From Candidatus Yanofskybacteria bacterium RIFCSPLOWO2_02_FULL_41_13 (GTDB lineage Bacteria > Patescibacteriota > Minisyncoccia > 2-02-FULL-40-12 > GWA2-44-9), in assembly GCA_001795735.1 (NCBI GenBank), contig MGKQ01000020.1, positions 52,050 through 116,049 on the forward strand: DNA of 64,000 bases. The letters are read 5' to 3'. Positions within the stretch are counted from its first letter, which is position 1; each line of letters begins with the position of its first letter. Position numbers and translations under genes: made by a program. This document shows, one piece after another, positions 27,569 through 38,570 of the stretch. Below the pieces are notes generated by a model. It saw nothing but the letters and a program-made list of their open reading frames with translations. It did not search any database and had not been told where the DNA came from.

Positions 27569-28903
27569 ATGCCCCATCGAGACATTGACCTAATTTATCA
27601 GAACACCTCTCAAGTAGAAGCGATAGATCTAGAGGCGGGAGAGAAAGCACTCAAGGAGTATATTGATTTTATTTGGAAAATTGTTCAAAACGGAAAATAT
27701 GACCATCCCGAATCAGTGGTCAACCTTCCGGCCGATGTTAATTTCAGGAACTCTTTACTCCAGAAGGTTCAGGACAGAAAGAACAGTGAGCTGAAGCATA
27801 TAATCATAATTGGTATCGGTGGTTCTAATTTAGGAACGATGGCTCTTTATAGGGCTTTACGGGGAAGGCTCGGTGCTTTTTTGGAGAGCAAAGACCCCAA
27901 AATAGCTTTCGTTGATACCGTTTCACCTCCGCTGGTATCCCAAGTTATAGAACTTTTAAATAACCATATTAACAGTCCCGAAGAATTGTTAGTCAATGTT
28001 ATCAGTAAATCCGGAGAAACGACTGAAACAATTGCTAATTTTGAGGTTATCTATCAAGTTTTAAAGAACCGTTTCGGGGATAAAGTAAATGAACGCATAG
28101 TTTTTACGACCGACAAAGGGTCAAAGCTTTGGAATGAGGCTCAAGCCAAGGGCTTAGATCTCTTGGAAATTCCGAGAAATATAGGGGGGCGATATTCTGT
28201 CTTATCTGGTGTCGGCCTTTTTCCTCTCGGCCTAGCTAATTTTGATATTATTGGTTTTTGGGAGGGTGCAGGGGAGATGGTGACTCGCTGTGTTAATCGG
28301 GAAGTTTATCAGAATCCTGCACTTCTTTCAGCAATTCTAACCTATGTTAATTACACCAGAGGCTTCAATATTTATAACAGTTTTTATTTTAATCCGGAGC
28401 TTAAGTCATTGGGAAAGTGGCATACTCAGTTGATGGCTGAGAGTATCGCCAAGGAGTTTAATTTAAACGGCGAGAAAGTAAATATCGGCATTACGCCGAT
28501 TGTCTCCATCGGTTCTATTGACCTGCACTCTATGGCCACGTTATTTTTAGGAGAGCCGAAAAACAAGTTAACCCAATTTATTCATGCCGCTCAGAAAGAA
28601 AATTCTCCACAAGTCCCGGCTGATTTATTTATGCCCGGCCTAGTTCCGGACATAGCCAATAAGAGTCTGGCTGATATAATGGGTGCTATATATTATGGAG
28701 TCAAGATCGCTTATTTAAAAAACGCTTTGCCATATTCAGAAATAGTTATGCATGAGATTTCCGAAAATTCTCTCGGTCAGTATGTTCAGTTTAAGATATG
28801 TGAGACTATGTATTTGGCCAGATTGCTTGGCCTAAACGCATTTGATCAGCCGAAGGTCGAGGATTATAAGAGAGAAACAAGAGAGATTCTTAAAAAATTA
28901 TAA
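27569..28903 (+). CDS. pgi: glucose-6-phosphate isomerase
   Basis: IGIGGSNLG motif, SKSGETTET motif. Confidence 0.85.
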   Translation: MPHRDIDLIYQNTSQVEAIDLEAGEKALKEYIDFIWKIVQNGKYDHPESVVNLPADVNFRNSLLQKVQDRKNSELKHIIIIGIGGSNLGTMALYRALRGRLGAFLESKDPKIAFVDTVSPPLVSQVIELLNNHINSPEELLVNVISKSGETTETIANFEVIYQVLKNRFGDKVNERIVFTTDKGSKLWNEAQAKGLDLLEIPRNIGGRYSVLSGVGLFPLGLANFDIIGFWEGAGEMVTRCVNREVYQNPALLSAILTYVNYTRGFNIYNSFYFNPELKSLGKWHTQLMAESIAKEFNLNGEKVNIGITPIVSIGSIDLHSMATLFLGEPKNKLTQFIHAAQKENSPQVPADLFMPGLVPDIANKSLADIMGAIYYGVKIAYLKNALPYSEIVMHEISENSLGQYVQFKICETMYLARLLGLNAFDQPKVEDYKRETREILKKL

Positions 28904-29011
28904 ATTTGTTTAATTTTCAATTATCAATTCTCAATTTTCATTGAATTTTCAATGCATCAATGATCCATTAGGAAATTTATTGTAAATTGCAAATTGAAAA
29001 TTGATAGTAAT

Positions 29012-29350
29012 ATGTACGGAGGACTATTTTTACTTCGTCTGGCAGTCGGTTCGATATTTATTGTTCATGCCATACCGAAATTAAAGGAACCTAAAACTAT
29101 GGCTACGGGCATGGGATGGACCCTTAATCAGGTTCTAGGGCTTGGCATAATTGAATTTATTTCCGGTCTTGCTCTTATCGGCGGTGTTGGCATTAAAACG
29201 GTGTCATTCGTCTTGGCGATTGTTATGTTTGGAGCAATTTACCACAAGATTAAAAAATGGCATGTGCCGTTTATGTCTCATAATGGTACCGGTTGGGAAT
29301 TTGACATGCTTCTTCTGGCGGCGAACCTGACTCTATATTTTAAATTCTAA
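29012..29350 (+). CDS. DoxX family membrane protein
   Basis: LLRLAVGSIFIVHAIPK DoxX N-terminal signature; ATG 29012 preferred over track TTG 28994. Confidence 0.65.
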   Translation: MYGGLFLLRLAVGSIFIVHAIPKLKEPKTMATGMGWTLNQVLGLGIIEFISGLALIGGVGIKTVSFVLAIVMFGAIYHKIKKWHVPFMSHNGTGWEFDMLLLAANLTLYFKF

Positions 29351-29393
29351 ACAGCCTTTTAACTTTAGGATTTTTTTGATACCATATTTATCT

Positions 29394-29618
29394 ATGATTC
29401 GTATCTATACGACACCTGTTTGCGCTTATTGCAAGATGGCTAAGGAATATTTTAAGTCGAAGGATCTTCAGTATGAGGAGATTGCCTTAGTCGGCAATCC
29501 TGATGCCCAGCAGCTGGTGATGTCTAAGGCCGGTATGGTGGCCGCACCAATCATTGAAATTAATGGTCGTTTCGTGGTAGGGTTTAACCGTGAAGAGATC
29601 AATAAGGCATTGGGATGA
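29394..29618 (+). CDS. glutaredoxin-like protein (thioredoxin fold, CAYC active site)
   Basis: IYTTPVCAYCKMAKEYF...; ATG 29394 preferred over track TTG 29376. Confidence 0.75.
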   Translation: MIRIYTTPVCAYCKMAKEYFKSKDLQYEEIALVGNPDAQQLVMSKAGMVAAPIIEINGRFVVGFNREEINKALG

Positions 29619-29730
29619 TTACTATTTACCATTTACCAGTTGCCATTTCCCAATAATTTACCATTTAATCATTAAATCATTTTCTAAAAACGTACAAATG
29701 AATTAATGATAAATCAATGGAAATTGGAAA

Positions 29731-30393
29731 ATGATAAGTGGAAATTTATTTTTTATGGACAACAACTTGGAAACAAAAAACGAATACTTTATGAAGAAGC
29801 AAGAGAGGGATGAGATGGTTCGGGTAGAGAAGAAGAAAAAAATGACAAAAAAGACGATTCAGTTATTTGTCATCCTAGCGATAATCGGCGCTTTAGCCTG
29901 GCCAATCTACAGTTACTTTAATAAAGCAGTCGAACAGGCTAACAAGCCATTACCTGGTGAATATTTTGTAGCGCAATCCCGTGATCATATTACCGTAGGC
30001 CAGAAGCATGAGATATATAATTCTAACCCTCCAACCGGAGGCTGGCACTATGCTCAACCGGCTCAAAGCGGTATTTATGACAAAGAATTTCCGGATGAAC
30101 AATTGATCCACAACTTGGAGCATAGCCATGTCTGGATTGCTTATCGTCCCGATTTATCACCGGATCAGGTTGAAAAGTTAGCCGATATCGCCAAAGAGTA
30201 CGGTTCTAAAATTATTATGACTCCTCGCGTCGCTAATGATTCACCGATCGCTTTGGTGGCCTGGGAACGTTTATTAAAGATGGATAGTGTTGACGAGGTT
30301 TTGGCGAGAGAGTTTGTAGATGCTTATCGCGGTACGGCTGGACCAGAGAAAATAGCCGATTTTGGTTTTAAAGATTTCCGAATCGGCAAGTAG
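29731..30393 (+). CDS. DUF3105 domain-containing membrane-anchored protein
   Basis: HNLEHSHVWIAYRP motif; the true start may be a downstream Met (MTKK at ~29842) just before the TM segment. Confidence 0.5.
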   Translation: MISGNLFFMDNNLETKNEYFMKKQERDEMVRVEKKKKMTKKTIQLFVILAIIGALAWPIYSYFNKAVEQANKPLPGEYFVAQSRDHITVGQKHEIYNSNPPTGGWHYAQPAQSGIYDKEFPDEQLIHNLEHSHVWIAYRPDLSPDQVEKLADIAKEYGSKIIMTPRVANDSPIALVAWERLLKMDSVDEVLAREFVDAYRGTAGPEKIADFGFKDFRIGK

Positions 30394-30435
30394 AGTGAAA
30401 ATTATTTAGTAAGATAAGGAGCCCCGGGGGCTCCT

Positions 30436-30846
30436 TTAATTTACTTTGTTATTCTGCGGCGGCATTAATGTACAGCCGTTTACTGATATACTTTTGGTCT
30501 GGCTTAGCCATAAAATGCGCTGATCTTGAGGTATGCTCTCATCATTTATGTAAATCTCAAGAAATAAGCCAACTATTATCTGGCCGGATGCTATCATCGA
30601 AGTCCATTGGTTTGCCTTACTGCCCTCGATAAAAACTTCGGTACGGGCGGTAATATGGCGACCATTGCTTGTAGCTTCGGCCAGTCTTTCCGCCGGATTC
30701 TTGATTAAGAAAGTATATACAGTATTTAAGGTCCGAACCTTAACCACATCTCCGACTGCCAGTTGATCAACGGAGATACCCCCTGTTTTATTTACTGCCT
30801 CTATGAGTGAATCAAGGCTAAAAGCTTTTTTCTTATCTTCTGGCAT
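30436..30846 (-). CDS. hypothetical protein
   Basis: ORF only. Confidence 0.35.
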   Translation of the reverse strand: MPEDKKKAFSLDSLIEAVNKTGGISVDQLAVGDVVKVRTLNTVYTFLIKNPAERLAEATSNGRHITARTEVFIEGSKANQWTSMIASGQIIVGLFLEIYINDESIPQDQRILWLSQTKSISVNGCTLMPPQNNKVN

Positions 30847-31039
30847 AAGTCACCTCCAACCAAAATACTGATATAATTATACATCCCATATCCAGACAAG
30901 TCAATGTTTACCGGAAGAGCGTAAATATTCAAGTCTGCAAGGAGCTGAAAAAGTTTTTTAGGTAAGAAAAAACCGCCATTATCGGCGGCGGCATTGCAAC
31001 CCCTGTTTTTCATACGTGCCGGAGTAAAAAACTAGAGGC

Positions 31040-32248
31040 CTAGAGTATCTTAAAGACTTCATCCAGTTCTGCGATTAATTTGTTCATGTCCCCTAAACTT
31101 ACCGAGAGCCGAACCAGCTCCTGGGGTATGTTAACTTGGAGTAGCTCCTGAGGGGATAGCTTGCTGTGAGTAGTTGAGGCGGGATGAATGATTAGATTTT
31201 CGTTCTCATCTCCAAGATGCGGTGCCATGCGTGCAAGGCACAAAGATTCTACCAGCTTGCAGGCGGCTTCAAAGCTCTGCATTTCAAAGGACAATAAACC
31301 GCCGCCTCCCGTCATTTGCTGACGGGCCAGAGTATACTGCGGATTTCCGGAAAGGAATGGATAGTGAACCTTCTTAACTTTGGGATGTCGCTCAAGGAAC
31401 TCGGCTACCTCTAAAGCGTTTTTTGAGAATAAATCCATATCCCTAGATAGGGTAGTGCGATTCAAAAAAGTAAGATAGGCAGAAAGCGGGTGCATAATCG
31501 CGCCGGTTGAAACATGATAATCGTTTAGAATTTTTTCTGTTTCTTCCAAGAAACGAGGAGAACCGATCAGTGCACCGCCCATCCCGGTGGATTGTCGGTT
31601 AAGAGCCTTGGTAACGGAATAGAGTACGGCATCAGCTCCCAGTTTCAATGGTTTTTGTAAAATTGGCGCTACCGTGTTGTCCACCACTAGAAATGTATTG
31701 TAACGGTGTGCAATTTTAGCAATAGCTTCTATGTCAAAAATATCTATTGTAGGATTAGCTGGCGTTTCCATGAAGACAAAGGCTGCGCCCGGGCTTATGG
31801 CTTTTTCCCAGGACGACAGATCAAAAGGATTATCTACGAAAACAATTTCATAACCGTGATCATTGTGCCACAGTTGTAATTGGTGAAAACTCCCCCCGTA
31901 AATATAAGAAGAGACCACCACTCGCTTTCCTCTGCCTAACGACTTGGCAGTTAAACCCAAGAATAAAAGAACTAGAGCCGATAGCCCTGTGCTTGTTGCC
32001 CATACAGAGCCTTCTTTGACCTCCTCTACGCTTGCTAGCCAATGTTCGAAGGCAGTAACTGTGGGGTTGCCCATTCGCCCATAGGCGTAACCGCAGGCAG
32101 GATCGTCAAAAATTTTAGCTCCCTGATGCACGGTGTCAAACCCATAGGATACCCCCAAATAAAGCGGCGGAACGATACTATGAAAAGGATCACGAATTTT
32201 ATTTGGCACGAGTTGCTCCTTATTTTTAAAAAACATAGTCGCCCCCAA
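31040..32248 (-). CDS. PLP-dependent Cys/Met metabolism enzyme (cystathionine gamma-synthase / O-acetylhomoserine sulfhydrylase / methionine gamma-lyase family)
   Basis: trans-sulfuration enzyme family layout with PLP-Lys region (SVTKALN). Confidence 0.7.
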   Translation of the reverse strand: MGATMFFKNKEQLVPNKIRDPFHSIVPPLYLGVSYGFDTVHQGAKIFDDPACGYAYGRMGNPTVTAFEHWLASVEEVKEGSVWATSTGLSALVLLFLGLTAKSLGRGKRVVVSSYIYGGSFHQLQLWHNDHGYEIVFVDNPFDLSSWEKAISPGAAFVFMETPANPTIDIFDIEAIAKIAHRYNTFLVVDNTVAPILQKPLKLGADAVLYSVTKALNRQSTGMGGALIGSPRFLEETEKILNDYHVSTGAIMHPLSAYLTFLNRTTLSRDMDLFSKNALEVAEFLERHPKVKKVHYPFLSGNPQYTLARQQMTGGGGLLSFEMQSFEAACKLVESLCLARMAPHLGDENENLIIHPASTTHSKLSPQELLQVNIPQELVRLSVSLGDMNKLIAELDEVFKIL

Positions 32249-32397
32249 TCATATCTCAAAAAGTTAAATCTGTCAACATTCGCGACTCGTTTTACGTTGG
32301 GGAAGCTAGGGAAGGTGGACAGATTTTAGGTTACTAGTTGATTAGTCCTTATCCTTCGAGGCATTTTTATTTTATCCGAGATTGCTATAATTGGTTA

Positions 32398-33669
32398 ATG
32401 ACTTACTGGTGGAAGAATACCGTTATCTATGAAGTCTATGTAGATAAATTTGCCAAAAATTTCCGTGGTATGACGGAAAAATTAGATTACCTAAAAGAGC
32501 TTGGCATTGATTGCATCTGGTTATTACCTCATTATCCTTCGCCGATGGTTGATGGCGGATATGATATTTCAGATTATATGAATATCAGACCGGAGCTGGG
32601 GACGCTTGACGATTTTTCTAATTTTATAAACAAGGTACACAAAATGGGTATTCGGGTGATTATAGATTTTGTATTGAACCACGTTTCCATCGAGCATCCC
32701 TGGTTTAAGGAAGCATCATCGTCAAAACGAAACTCCAAGAGAGATTATTTTCTTTGGTCAGAAACCGGAAAAGAGTTTAGCTTGGCCTATAACCCATTTT
32801 CCCACATGACTGAGGGCAATTGGAAGTTCAATAAAAAAACAGGCGATTATTATTATGCTACTTTTTTTGACGAGCAGGCAGATTTAAACTGGGACAATCC
32901 TGAAGTTTTCAGCGAGTGCATTAAAATCATAGACTTTTGGGCCAAGTTAGGTGTAGACGGTTTTCGGCTTGACGCAGTCGGCCATCTTTTAAAAAGAGAG
33001 GGAACGGATTGCCGACATTTGCCGGAAGTCCATCAGATATTAAAAAAATTAAGATCATATTTAGATAAAAACTGGCCTGGAGTTGTTTTTCTGGCTGAAG
33101 CCGGCGGACGTTACCGGGAAACTATGGCATATTTTGGAAATGGCGATGAGTGCCACCTAGTTTTTCATTTTGGCTTGATGTCTTATATCCACCTCGCTTT
33201 TAAAAGAAATGATTTCTCAATTCTTAAAAAAATAGTAAATGAATCTTCTAATATTCCAGAAAACTGCCAATGGGCTACATTTATAAGTAATCACGACGAG
33301 ATAACGTTTACACCTCTGGACAAGCCGGAGAGGGAAGAGATGGTTTCTTGGCTTGACCCCGAAAACAAATACTCCTTTAGGGGTGGAAGAGGAGTATCAA
33401 TGAGAATCGCCACTATTTTTAGGGGGGATAAAAATAAGATAGTGGATATTTTTAAAACTTTATTCAGTTTGTCCGGTTCGCCGGTGATTTATTATGGTTC
33501 GGAGATAGGCATGGAAAATATAAAATTAGATAAAAAACCAATTGATAGCCGTAAATATGTTCGTGGAGATTTTGATTGGGATGAGGCCGATAAACAGATA
33601 AAAGATCCCAGCTCTCTTTATAATAAAATAAAAGGTATTATCTTCGGTAGAACATTAAACAGCAGATAA
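32398..33669 (+). CDS. GH13 alpha-amylase family protein (trehalose synthase / amylosucrase-like)
   Basis: DFVLNH, GFRLDAV, LAEAG, ISNHDE catalytic regions of GH13. Confidence 0.8.
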   Translation: MTYWWKNTVIYEVYVDKFAKNFRGMTEKLDYLKELGIDCIWLLPHYPSPMVDGGYDISDYMNIRPELGTLDDFSNFINKVHKMGIRVIIDFVLNHVSIEHPWFKEASSSKRNSKRDYFLWSETGKEFSLAYNPFSHMTEGNWKFNKKTGDYYYATFFDEQADLNWDNPEVFSECIKIIDFWAKLGVDGFRLDAVGHLLKREGTDCRHLPEVHQILKKLRSYLDKNWPGVVFLAEAGGRYRETMAYFGNGDECHLVFHFGLMSYIHLAFKRNDFSILKKIVNESSNIPENCQWATFISNHDEITFTPLDKPEREEMVSWLDPENKYSFRGGRGVSMRIATIFRGDKNKIVDIFKTLFSLSGSPVIYYGSEIGMENIKLDKKPIDSRKYVRGDFDWDEADKQIKDPSSLYNKIKGIIFGRTLNSR

Positions 33670-33701
33670 CTTTTACTAAATTTCCCAGCCCTCACCCGTC
33701 T

Positions 33702-33730
33702 TTGACTTAATCCTATTTGTATAGTATAAT
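33702..33730 (+). promoter_or_regulatory. near-consensus sigma-70 promoter (TTGACT-17-TATAAT) upstream of the pilus operon
   Basis: sequence seen directly ~60 nt upstream of the pilB start. Confidence 0.5.
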
Positions 33731-33790
33731 AATAGCTAGCATTATTCGGCTATATATATTATAATCATACCCTTGGGCTAACCTCTATAA

Positions 33791-35008
33791 ATGGGCAATC
33801 CTTATAAAAAACAAGTAGAGACTGAAATAGAAAAAGGCAAGAGTCTATCCATAATTAGTTTGGTCAGTTCTTTAATTAACTATGCCAACAGCATCGGTGC
33901 TTCGGATATCCATATAGATAAAAAAGAAGAATCCGTATCGATAAGATTTCGTATAGACGGCGTATTAAAAGAGATGTTCAATCTGCCCAAGGAGATGCAC
34001 TCTGAAGTCATCAGCCGAATAAAAATCTTATCGGGCTTAAGAACCGATGAACATCAGACTACTCAGGATGGAAGATTTCGCATGAACAGCGAAGATTCTG
34101 GCGTAGTCGATGTCAGGGTGGCTACCAGTCCGGCTTATCGTGGCGAGAGTGCCGTTCTTCGTCTTTTGACCGATAAGGCGGCGATGTTCAGTCTTGATAA
34201 TCTAGGTTTCAGCAAAGAAAACCAGGTCAAAATACTAGATGCGATAAAAAAACCCTATGGCATGATACTTGCTACCGGTCCGACCGGTTCAGGCAAAACG
34301 ACCTCTCTGTATACTATTTTAAAGCTTCTTAATACTGATGATGTGTCTATTATCACTATTGAAGATCCTATTGAGTATGCAATGGAAAATATCAGGCAGA
34401 TCCCGGTTAACGTCAGAACCGGCCTTACATTCAGTACCGGGTTACGTTCGATATTAAGACAGGACCCCGATATTATAATGGTCGGAGAAATAAGAGATGA
34501 AGATACTGCCGGTCTTGCCGTTAATACTGCTCTTACCGGCCACTTGCTCTTATCGACTCTGCATACCAACGATGCGGCTACGACTTTGCCAAGACTTTTT
34601 GACATGAAGATAGAACCATACTTAGTAGCCTCAACGGTAAATGTTGCCATGGGACAAAGGTTAGTCAGAAAGATATGCGAGAAATGCAAGAAGCCGCATA
34701 TTTTGACCGAAGCCGAGGTAAAAAGCCTTGCCTTAAGCGGAATAAACATCCCGGCCAGTAGAAAGTTTTTTAAAGGTTTAGGTTGCGAAGATTGTAATGG
34801 AACCGGATACGAAGGTAGAATAGGGATTCATGAAGTAATGCTGATGGACAATGATTTAAGACAGGCAATTTTAAATAAAGAATCAGCCGATACGATCAAA
34901 AAGATTGCTGTTAAGAACGGAATGACAACGATGATTGAGGACGGGTTTAATAAGGCCGGGCAGGGGATTACTACGGCAGAAGAAGTTTTACGGGTAATTC
35001 ACGAATAA
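33791..35008 (+). CDS. pilB: type IV pilus/T2SS assembly ATPase (GspE/PilB family, short form)
   Basis: Walker A GPTGSGKTT, Asp box, His box, C-terminal Zn tetracysteine (CEKC...CEDC). Confidence 0.85.
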   Translation: MGNPYKKQVETEIEKGKSLSIISLVSSLINYANSIGASDIHIDKKEESVSIRFRIDGVLKEMFNLPKEMHSEVISRIKILSGLRTDEHQTTQDGRFRMNSEDSGVVDVRVATSPAYRGESAVLRLLTDKAAMFSLDNLGFSKENQVKILDAIKKPYGMILATGPTGSGKTTSLYTILKLLNTDDVSIITIEDPIEYAMENIRQIPVNVRTGLTFSTGLRSILRQDPDIIMVGEIRDEDTAGLAVNTALTGHLLLSTLHTNDAATTLPRLFDMKIEPYLVASTVNVAMGQRLVRKICEKCKKPHILTEAEVKSLALSGINIPASRKFFKGLGCEDCNGTGYEGRIGIHEVMLMDNDLRQAILNKESADTIKKIAVKNGMTTMIEDGFNKAGQGITTAEEVLRVIHE

Positions 35009-35009
35009 A

Positions 35010-36074
35010 GTGTTTAAAAACCTTTTCACAAAGCTATCGCTGAAAGATCAGGTCTTATTTACTAAGAGATTAGCTTTTTTAATACGGGCCGATGTCCCGA
35101 TATTAGAAAGCCTCAAGATGATGCAGAGGCAGACCAGGTCTAGGGCTCGGGCTAAAATACTTGATAAAGTTGTCGAGGATGTTTCAAACGGTCAGTATTT
35201 GTCAGCAAGTCTGTCTCGCTATAACAATACATTCGGTGAATTTGCTATCAATATTATTAAAGTCGGCGAAGAGGGCGGTATTTTGGATAAAAATCTTGAG
35301 TATTTGGCCGAAGAGTTAAAAAAACGACACGAGCTCAAAAAGAAAGTAATTGGCGCCATGATCTATCCTATTTTTATAACCGTAGCCACTTTAGGCATAA
35401 CCGGCATCATAACAACTTATGTTTTTCCCAAGATAATGCCGATTTTTAACAGTCTGGGCGCTAATCTTCCCCCGACCACCAGATTACTTATAGCCATGAG
35501 CAACTTTCTAGTACACTATGGAATCTTTGTAATTTTTGGCGTTATTGCGGCGGGCATTCTTCTGATTCTGGCTTATAAAAAGATTAAACCTTTCAATTAT
35601 GCGGTGAGCCGTATTTTTCTTGCCGTGCCTATATTCGGCCACTTGGCCTTAAGCTATCAGATGGCTAATTTCTGCCGTACTTTCGGCTTGCTTTTGAATT
35701 GTAATTTAGGCATTGTTACCGCCGCCAATATTACCGCTAACTCAACCACTAATCTGGTGTACAAAAGAGAGATTTACAAATTAGCCGAAGAAATATCCAA
35801 GGGTAGGAAAATTTCCCAACATTTAGATACTAGTCCGACCTTATTCCCCGAAATGGTCCCGCAGTTAGTCGCTATCGGTGAGACAACCGGAAATCTCGGC
35901 AAGACACTTCTTTATTTAAGCGATCATTATGAAGCGGAAGTCAATGATCTTACTAAAAACCTTTCAAGCGCCATAGAGCCGGTATTATTAGTGTTCATGG
36001 GAGTAATTGTCGGATTCGTGGCGGTTTCCGTCATCACTCCTATTTACGAATTAACTCAAAATCTTCACCCGTAA
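35010..36074 (+). CDS. pilC: type II secretion system F / PilC family platform protein
   Basis: two GspF repeats, 3 TM; GTG start. Confidence 0.8.
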   Translation: MFKNLFTKLSLKDQVLFTKRLAFLIRADVPILESLKMMQRQTRSRARAKILDKVVEDVSNGQYLSASLSRYNNTFGEFAINIIKVGEEGGILDKNLEYLAEELKKRHELKKKVIGAMIYPIFITVATLGITGIITTYVFPKIMPIFNSLGANLPPTTRLLIAMSNFLVHYGIFVIFGVIAAGILLILAYKKIKPFNYAVSRIFLAVPIFGHLALSYQMANFCRTFGLLLNCNLGIVTAANITANSTTNLVYKREIYKLAEEISKGRKISQHLDTSPTLFPEMVPQLVAIGETTGNLGKTLLYLSDHYEAEVNDLTKNLSSAIEPVLLVFMGVIVGFVAVSVITPIYELTQNLHP

Positions 36075-36084
36075 TTTATACTAA

Positions 36085-36516
36085 ATGATTCATAATTCAT
36101 CTGAACGAGGTTTTACTTTTGTTGAAATTCTTGTCGTTATGGCCATTGTGGCTTTTTTTGCTGTTATAGGTATTTTTATGAGCGGAGATATGTATCACTC
36201 AACTTCTTTTCAATCCGATATAAATGCCTTGGCTACTTCTTTACAGAGAGCTCGCAGTCAGGCAATAAATAATATTAATGAGAAGGCTCATGGAGTTAAG
36301 ATTTTAGGAGGGGACTATATAATTTTTGAGGGCAATACATATTCCGGCAGCGGAGAAGTAATTAAAGGTAATTCTAATTTTATATTTATCGGACCTGATG
36401 AGGTAGTTTTTGAGCAGTTATCCGGTGATTGTCCGCTTTGCGCAGATATAACAGTTTCCTACGAAAATAAAATAGCCATTATTCCAATGAACATAAAAGG
36501 AAGAATCGACTGGTAA
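36085..36516 (+). CDS. prepilin-type N-terminal cleavage/methylation domain protein (pilin)
   Basis: leader MIHNSSERG then FTFVEILVVMAIVA. Confidence 0.75.
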   Translation: MIHNSSERGFTFVEILVVMAIVAFFAVIGIFMSGDMYHSTSFQSDINALATSLQRARSQAINNINEKAHGVKILGGDYIIFEGNTYSGSGEVIKGNSNFIFIGPDEVVFEQLSGDCPLCADITVSYENKIAIIPMNIKGRIDW

Positions 36517-36524
36517 TTTAATTC

Positions 36525-38051
36525 ATGTATCAAAAATCAAAAATCAAAAATCAAAAATTGTTACAGAAAGGTTTTTCCACCCTTGAGCTTCTAATCGCCA
36601 CGGCCATACTTCTAACCGCAATATCGGGGATGATTTTAGTTGTTTTCGGAAACCAAACCGTATCCTTAGATAGTCAGGTCAATAACGAAGCCATTATAAA
36701 AGCCAATGATTTGGTTGAGCAGGCTCGTGCTTCGGCCAGTGTTGATTTTAATTCTCTTGCAGACTCTTCAGACTATGATTTCTTTCGGCAGGAACTTCTG
36801 GTAAATAATGTTAATAACTGTAAAAAAACAGGCATTGCCAGCGTTTCGTGGTCAACTGATGCCAATCGTCCGCAACTTATAAATATCAAAACAACTTTCA
36901 CTAACTTTTCCGAAGCCATTGCTCTGGGTGGAGATTGCGGACCGGATAATCCGCCTCCGACCGGCTGGGAAAATATTATATGCGAGAATCCGGGTGCGCC
37001 GTCTTGGGATTTTTCGCCATCCGGTATTCCGGCCACCGGAATTGAAATTAAAAAGAGCGGTACGAGTACCTATGCAATCATAACCGGGGACGGTTCTTCT
37101 GCGGGGCAAAATGATTTTTGGGTGGTTAATGTAACCAGTCGGGCTTTACTGGGAGTATCTCCCGTTTCGATTAATACAAGCTCGGGACTAAACGACGTTG
37201 ATGTTGTTGGAAACTACGCTTTTGTTACAAATAACGATACGACTAAACAGCTTCGAGTAGTTGATATATCGACTCTTACGGCTCCAGTAGAAATTCTTTC
37301 TGCTTCCAGGTCATTTAACGCCGTCGGTGCAGGATCGGAGGGAGGAAAAATATTTTATCACAACAATAAGGTATATGTTGGTTCTAAGGGTTACATGGTT
37401 AGCTATAATGAACTTCAGATTTTTGATGTAACCGATCCGACGAATCCCAGTCTAAATCCGATAGGAAGTCATAATGTTAATCATATAATTTATGATATTG
37501 AAGTTAGAAATGAGGTCGTGGGCGGTACCGCCAAAACATTAGCCTATCTTGCCGTTTCTGATTCCGTCGGGAACAAGCCCAAGCTGATAGTTCTTGATGT
37601 GACTATTCCTGCTTCAATAACCCCACTAGGTTCAGGTTACAATCCCGTTCCCAATGCCGCTCTATACGGAACTGTCTTGGATGTTCTGGGTAATAAAGTT
37701 TATCTGGGGAGGCAGAGAGGTACGGGTAGCAATCATGATCTATTCTCGTTAAATATAAATGATCCAAGCGCGGTTTCTCTTTCGGACTCAGCTCTTTTAG
37801 CAATGGGTCCCGGTACTGAAGCAAGGGGATTAATAGCTTCCGGACCGATTCTATTTTTAATAACTACGGATAATAACGATGGATTTCAGGCATGGAATAT
37901 AAGTGATCCGGCTGATATTAGCGTGATAGATACATGTAAATATCCTCAGGAAGCTTTAGATATGGAATATGACGGCAACTTTATCTACGTAGTTAATAAA
38001 AGTCAGGATGCTTTGCGTATTATCTATGATAACGCAAATCCATTCCCATAA
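36525..38051 (+). CDS. pilin-like protein with LVIVD-repeat beta-propeller domain
   Basis: Class III signal QKGFSTLELLIATAIL. Repeated YAFVTNND / LAYLAVSD / FLITTDNND / IYVVNKSQD LVIVD-type units. The real start may be TTG at ~36564. Confidence 0.65.
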   Translation: MYQKSKIKNQKLLQKGFSTLELLIATAILLTAISGMILVVFGNQTVSLDSQVNNEAIIKANDLVEQARASASVDFNSLADSSDYDFFRQELLVNNVNNCKKTGIASVSWSTDANRPQLINIKTTFTNFSEAIALGGDCGPDNPPPTGWENIICENPGAPSWDFSPSGIPATGIEIKKSGTSTYAIITGDGSSAGQNDFWVVNVTSRALLGVSPVSINTSSGLNDVDVVGNYAFVTNNDTTKQLRVVDISTLTAPVEILSASRSFNAVGAGSEGGKIFYHNNKVYVGSKGYMVSYNELQIFDVTDPTNPSLNPIGSHNVNHIIYDIEVRNEVVGGTAKTLAYLAVSDSVGNKPKLIVLDVTIPASITPLGSGYNPVPNAALYGTVLDVLGNKVYLGRQRGTGSNHDLFSLNINDPSAVSLSDSALLAMGPGTEARGLIASGPILFLITTDNNDGFQAWNISDPADISVIDTCKYPQEALDMEYDGNFIYVVNKSQDALRIIYDNANPFP

Positions 38052-38054
38052 TTC

Positions 38055-38570
38055 ATGACCCATAATTCAAGATTCAAAATTCTAGATTCTAAATTCAATA
38101 TTCTAAATTCTTCCGAGAAAGGCACCACCCTAATCGAGGTTCTAATATACATAACCTTGCTTGGTTTTATCATGTCTGCCTCGCTAGTCTCGGTTTACCA
38201 GATTTTAAATTACAGTGATACCGCATCAGCCAAGACTTCGGTTGAACAGGAGGCCGCTTTTATTATTTCTAAAATCAAATGGGTGTTGAATGATGTCGAT
38301 AGCATAACCTCCCCGGCTGCCAATAGCTCAGGCTCCTCGCTGGTAATTATAAAGGGCGGAGTTCAGACAACTCTAACCTTCTCCGGCAACAATATAACTA
38401 TTCAGGAGGGTATGGTGGGTACGGTCTTACTTCTAAATTCAGGCAGAATTGCTATTTCAGGCTTAAACTTTCAGCATATCCAACAAACAGGTGCTATGAC
38501 CGTCGACACTATCAAGGCTTCCTTCTCCGCCAACGGTAAATATTTTGAAGTTCAACGATTTGTAAGATGA
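38055..38570 (+). CDS. prepilin-type pseudopilin
   Basis: EKGTTLIEVLIYITLLGFIM class III signal. Confidence 0.65.
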   Translation: MTHNSRFKILDSKFNILNSSEKGTTLIEVLIYITLLGFIMSASLVSVYQILNYSDTASAKTSVEQEAAFIISKIKWVLNDVDSITSPAANSSGSSLVIIKGGVQTTLTFSGNNITIQEGMVGTVLLLNSGRIAISGLNFQHIQQTGAMTVDTIKASFSANGKYFEVQRFVR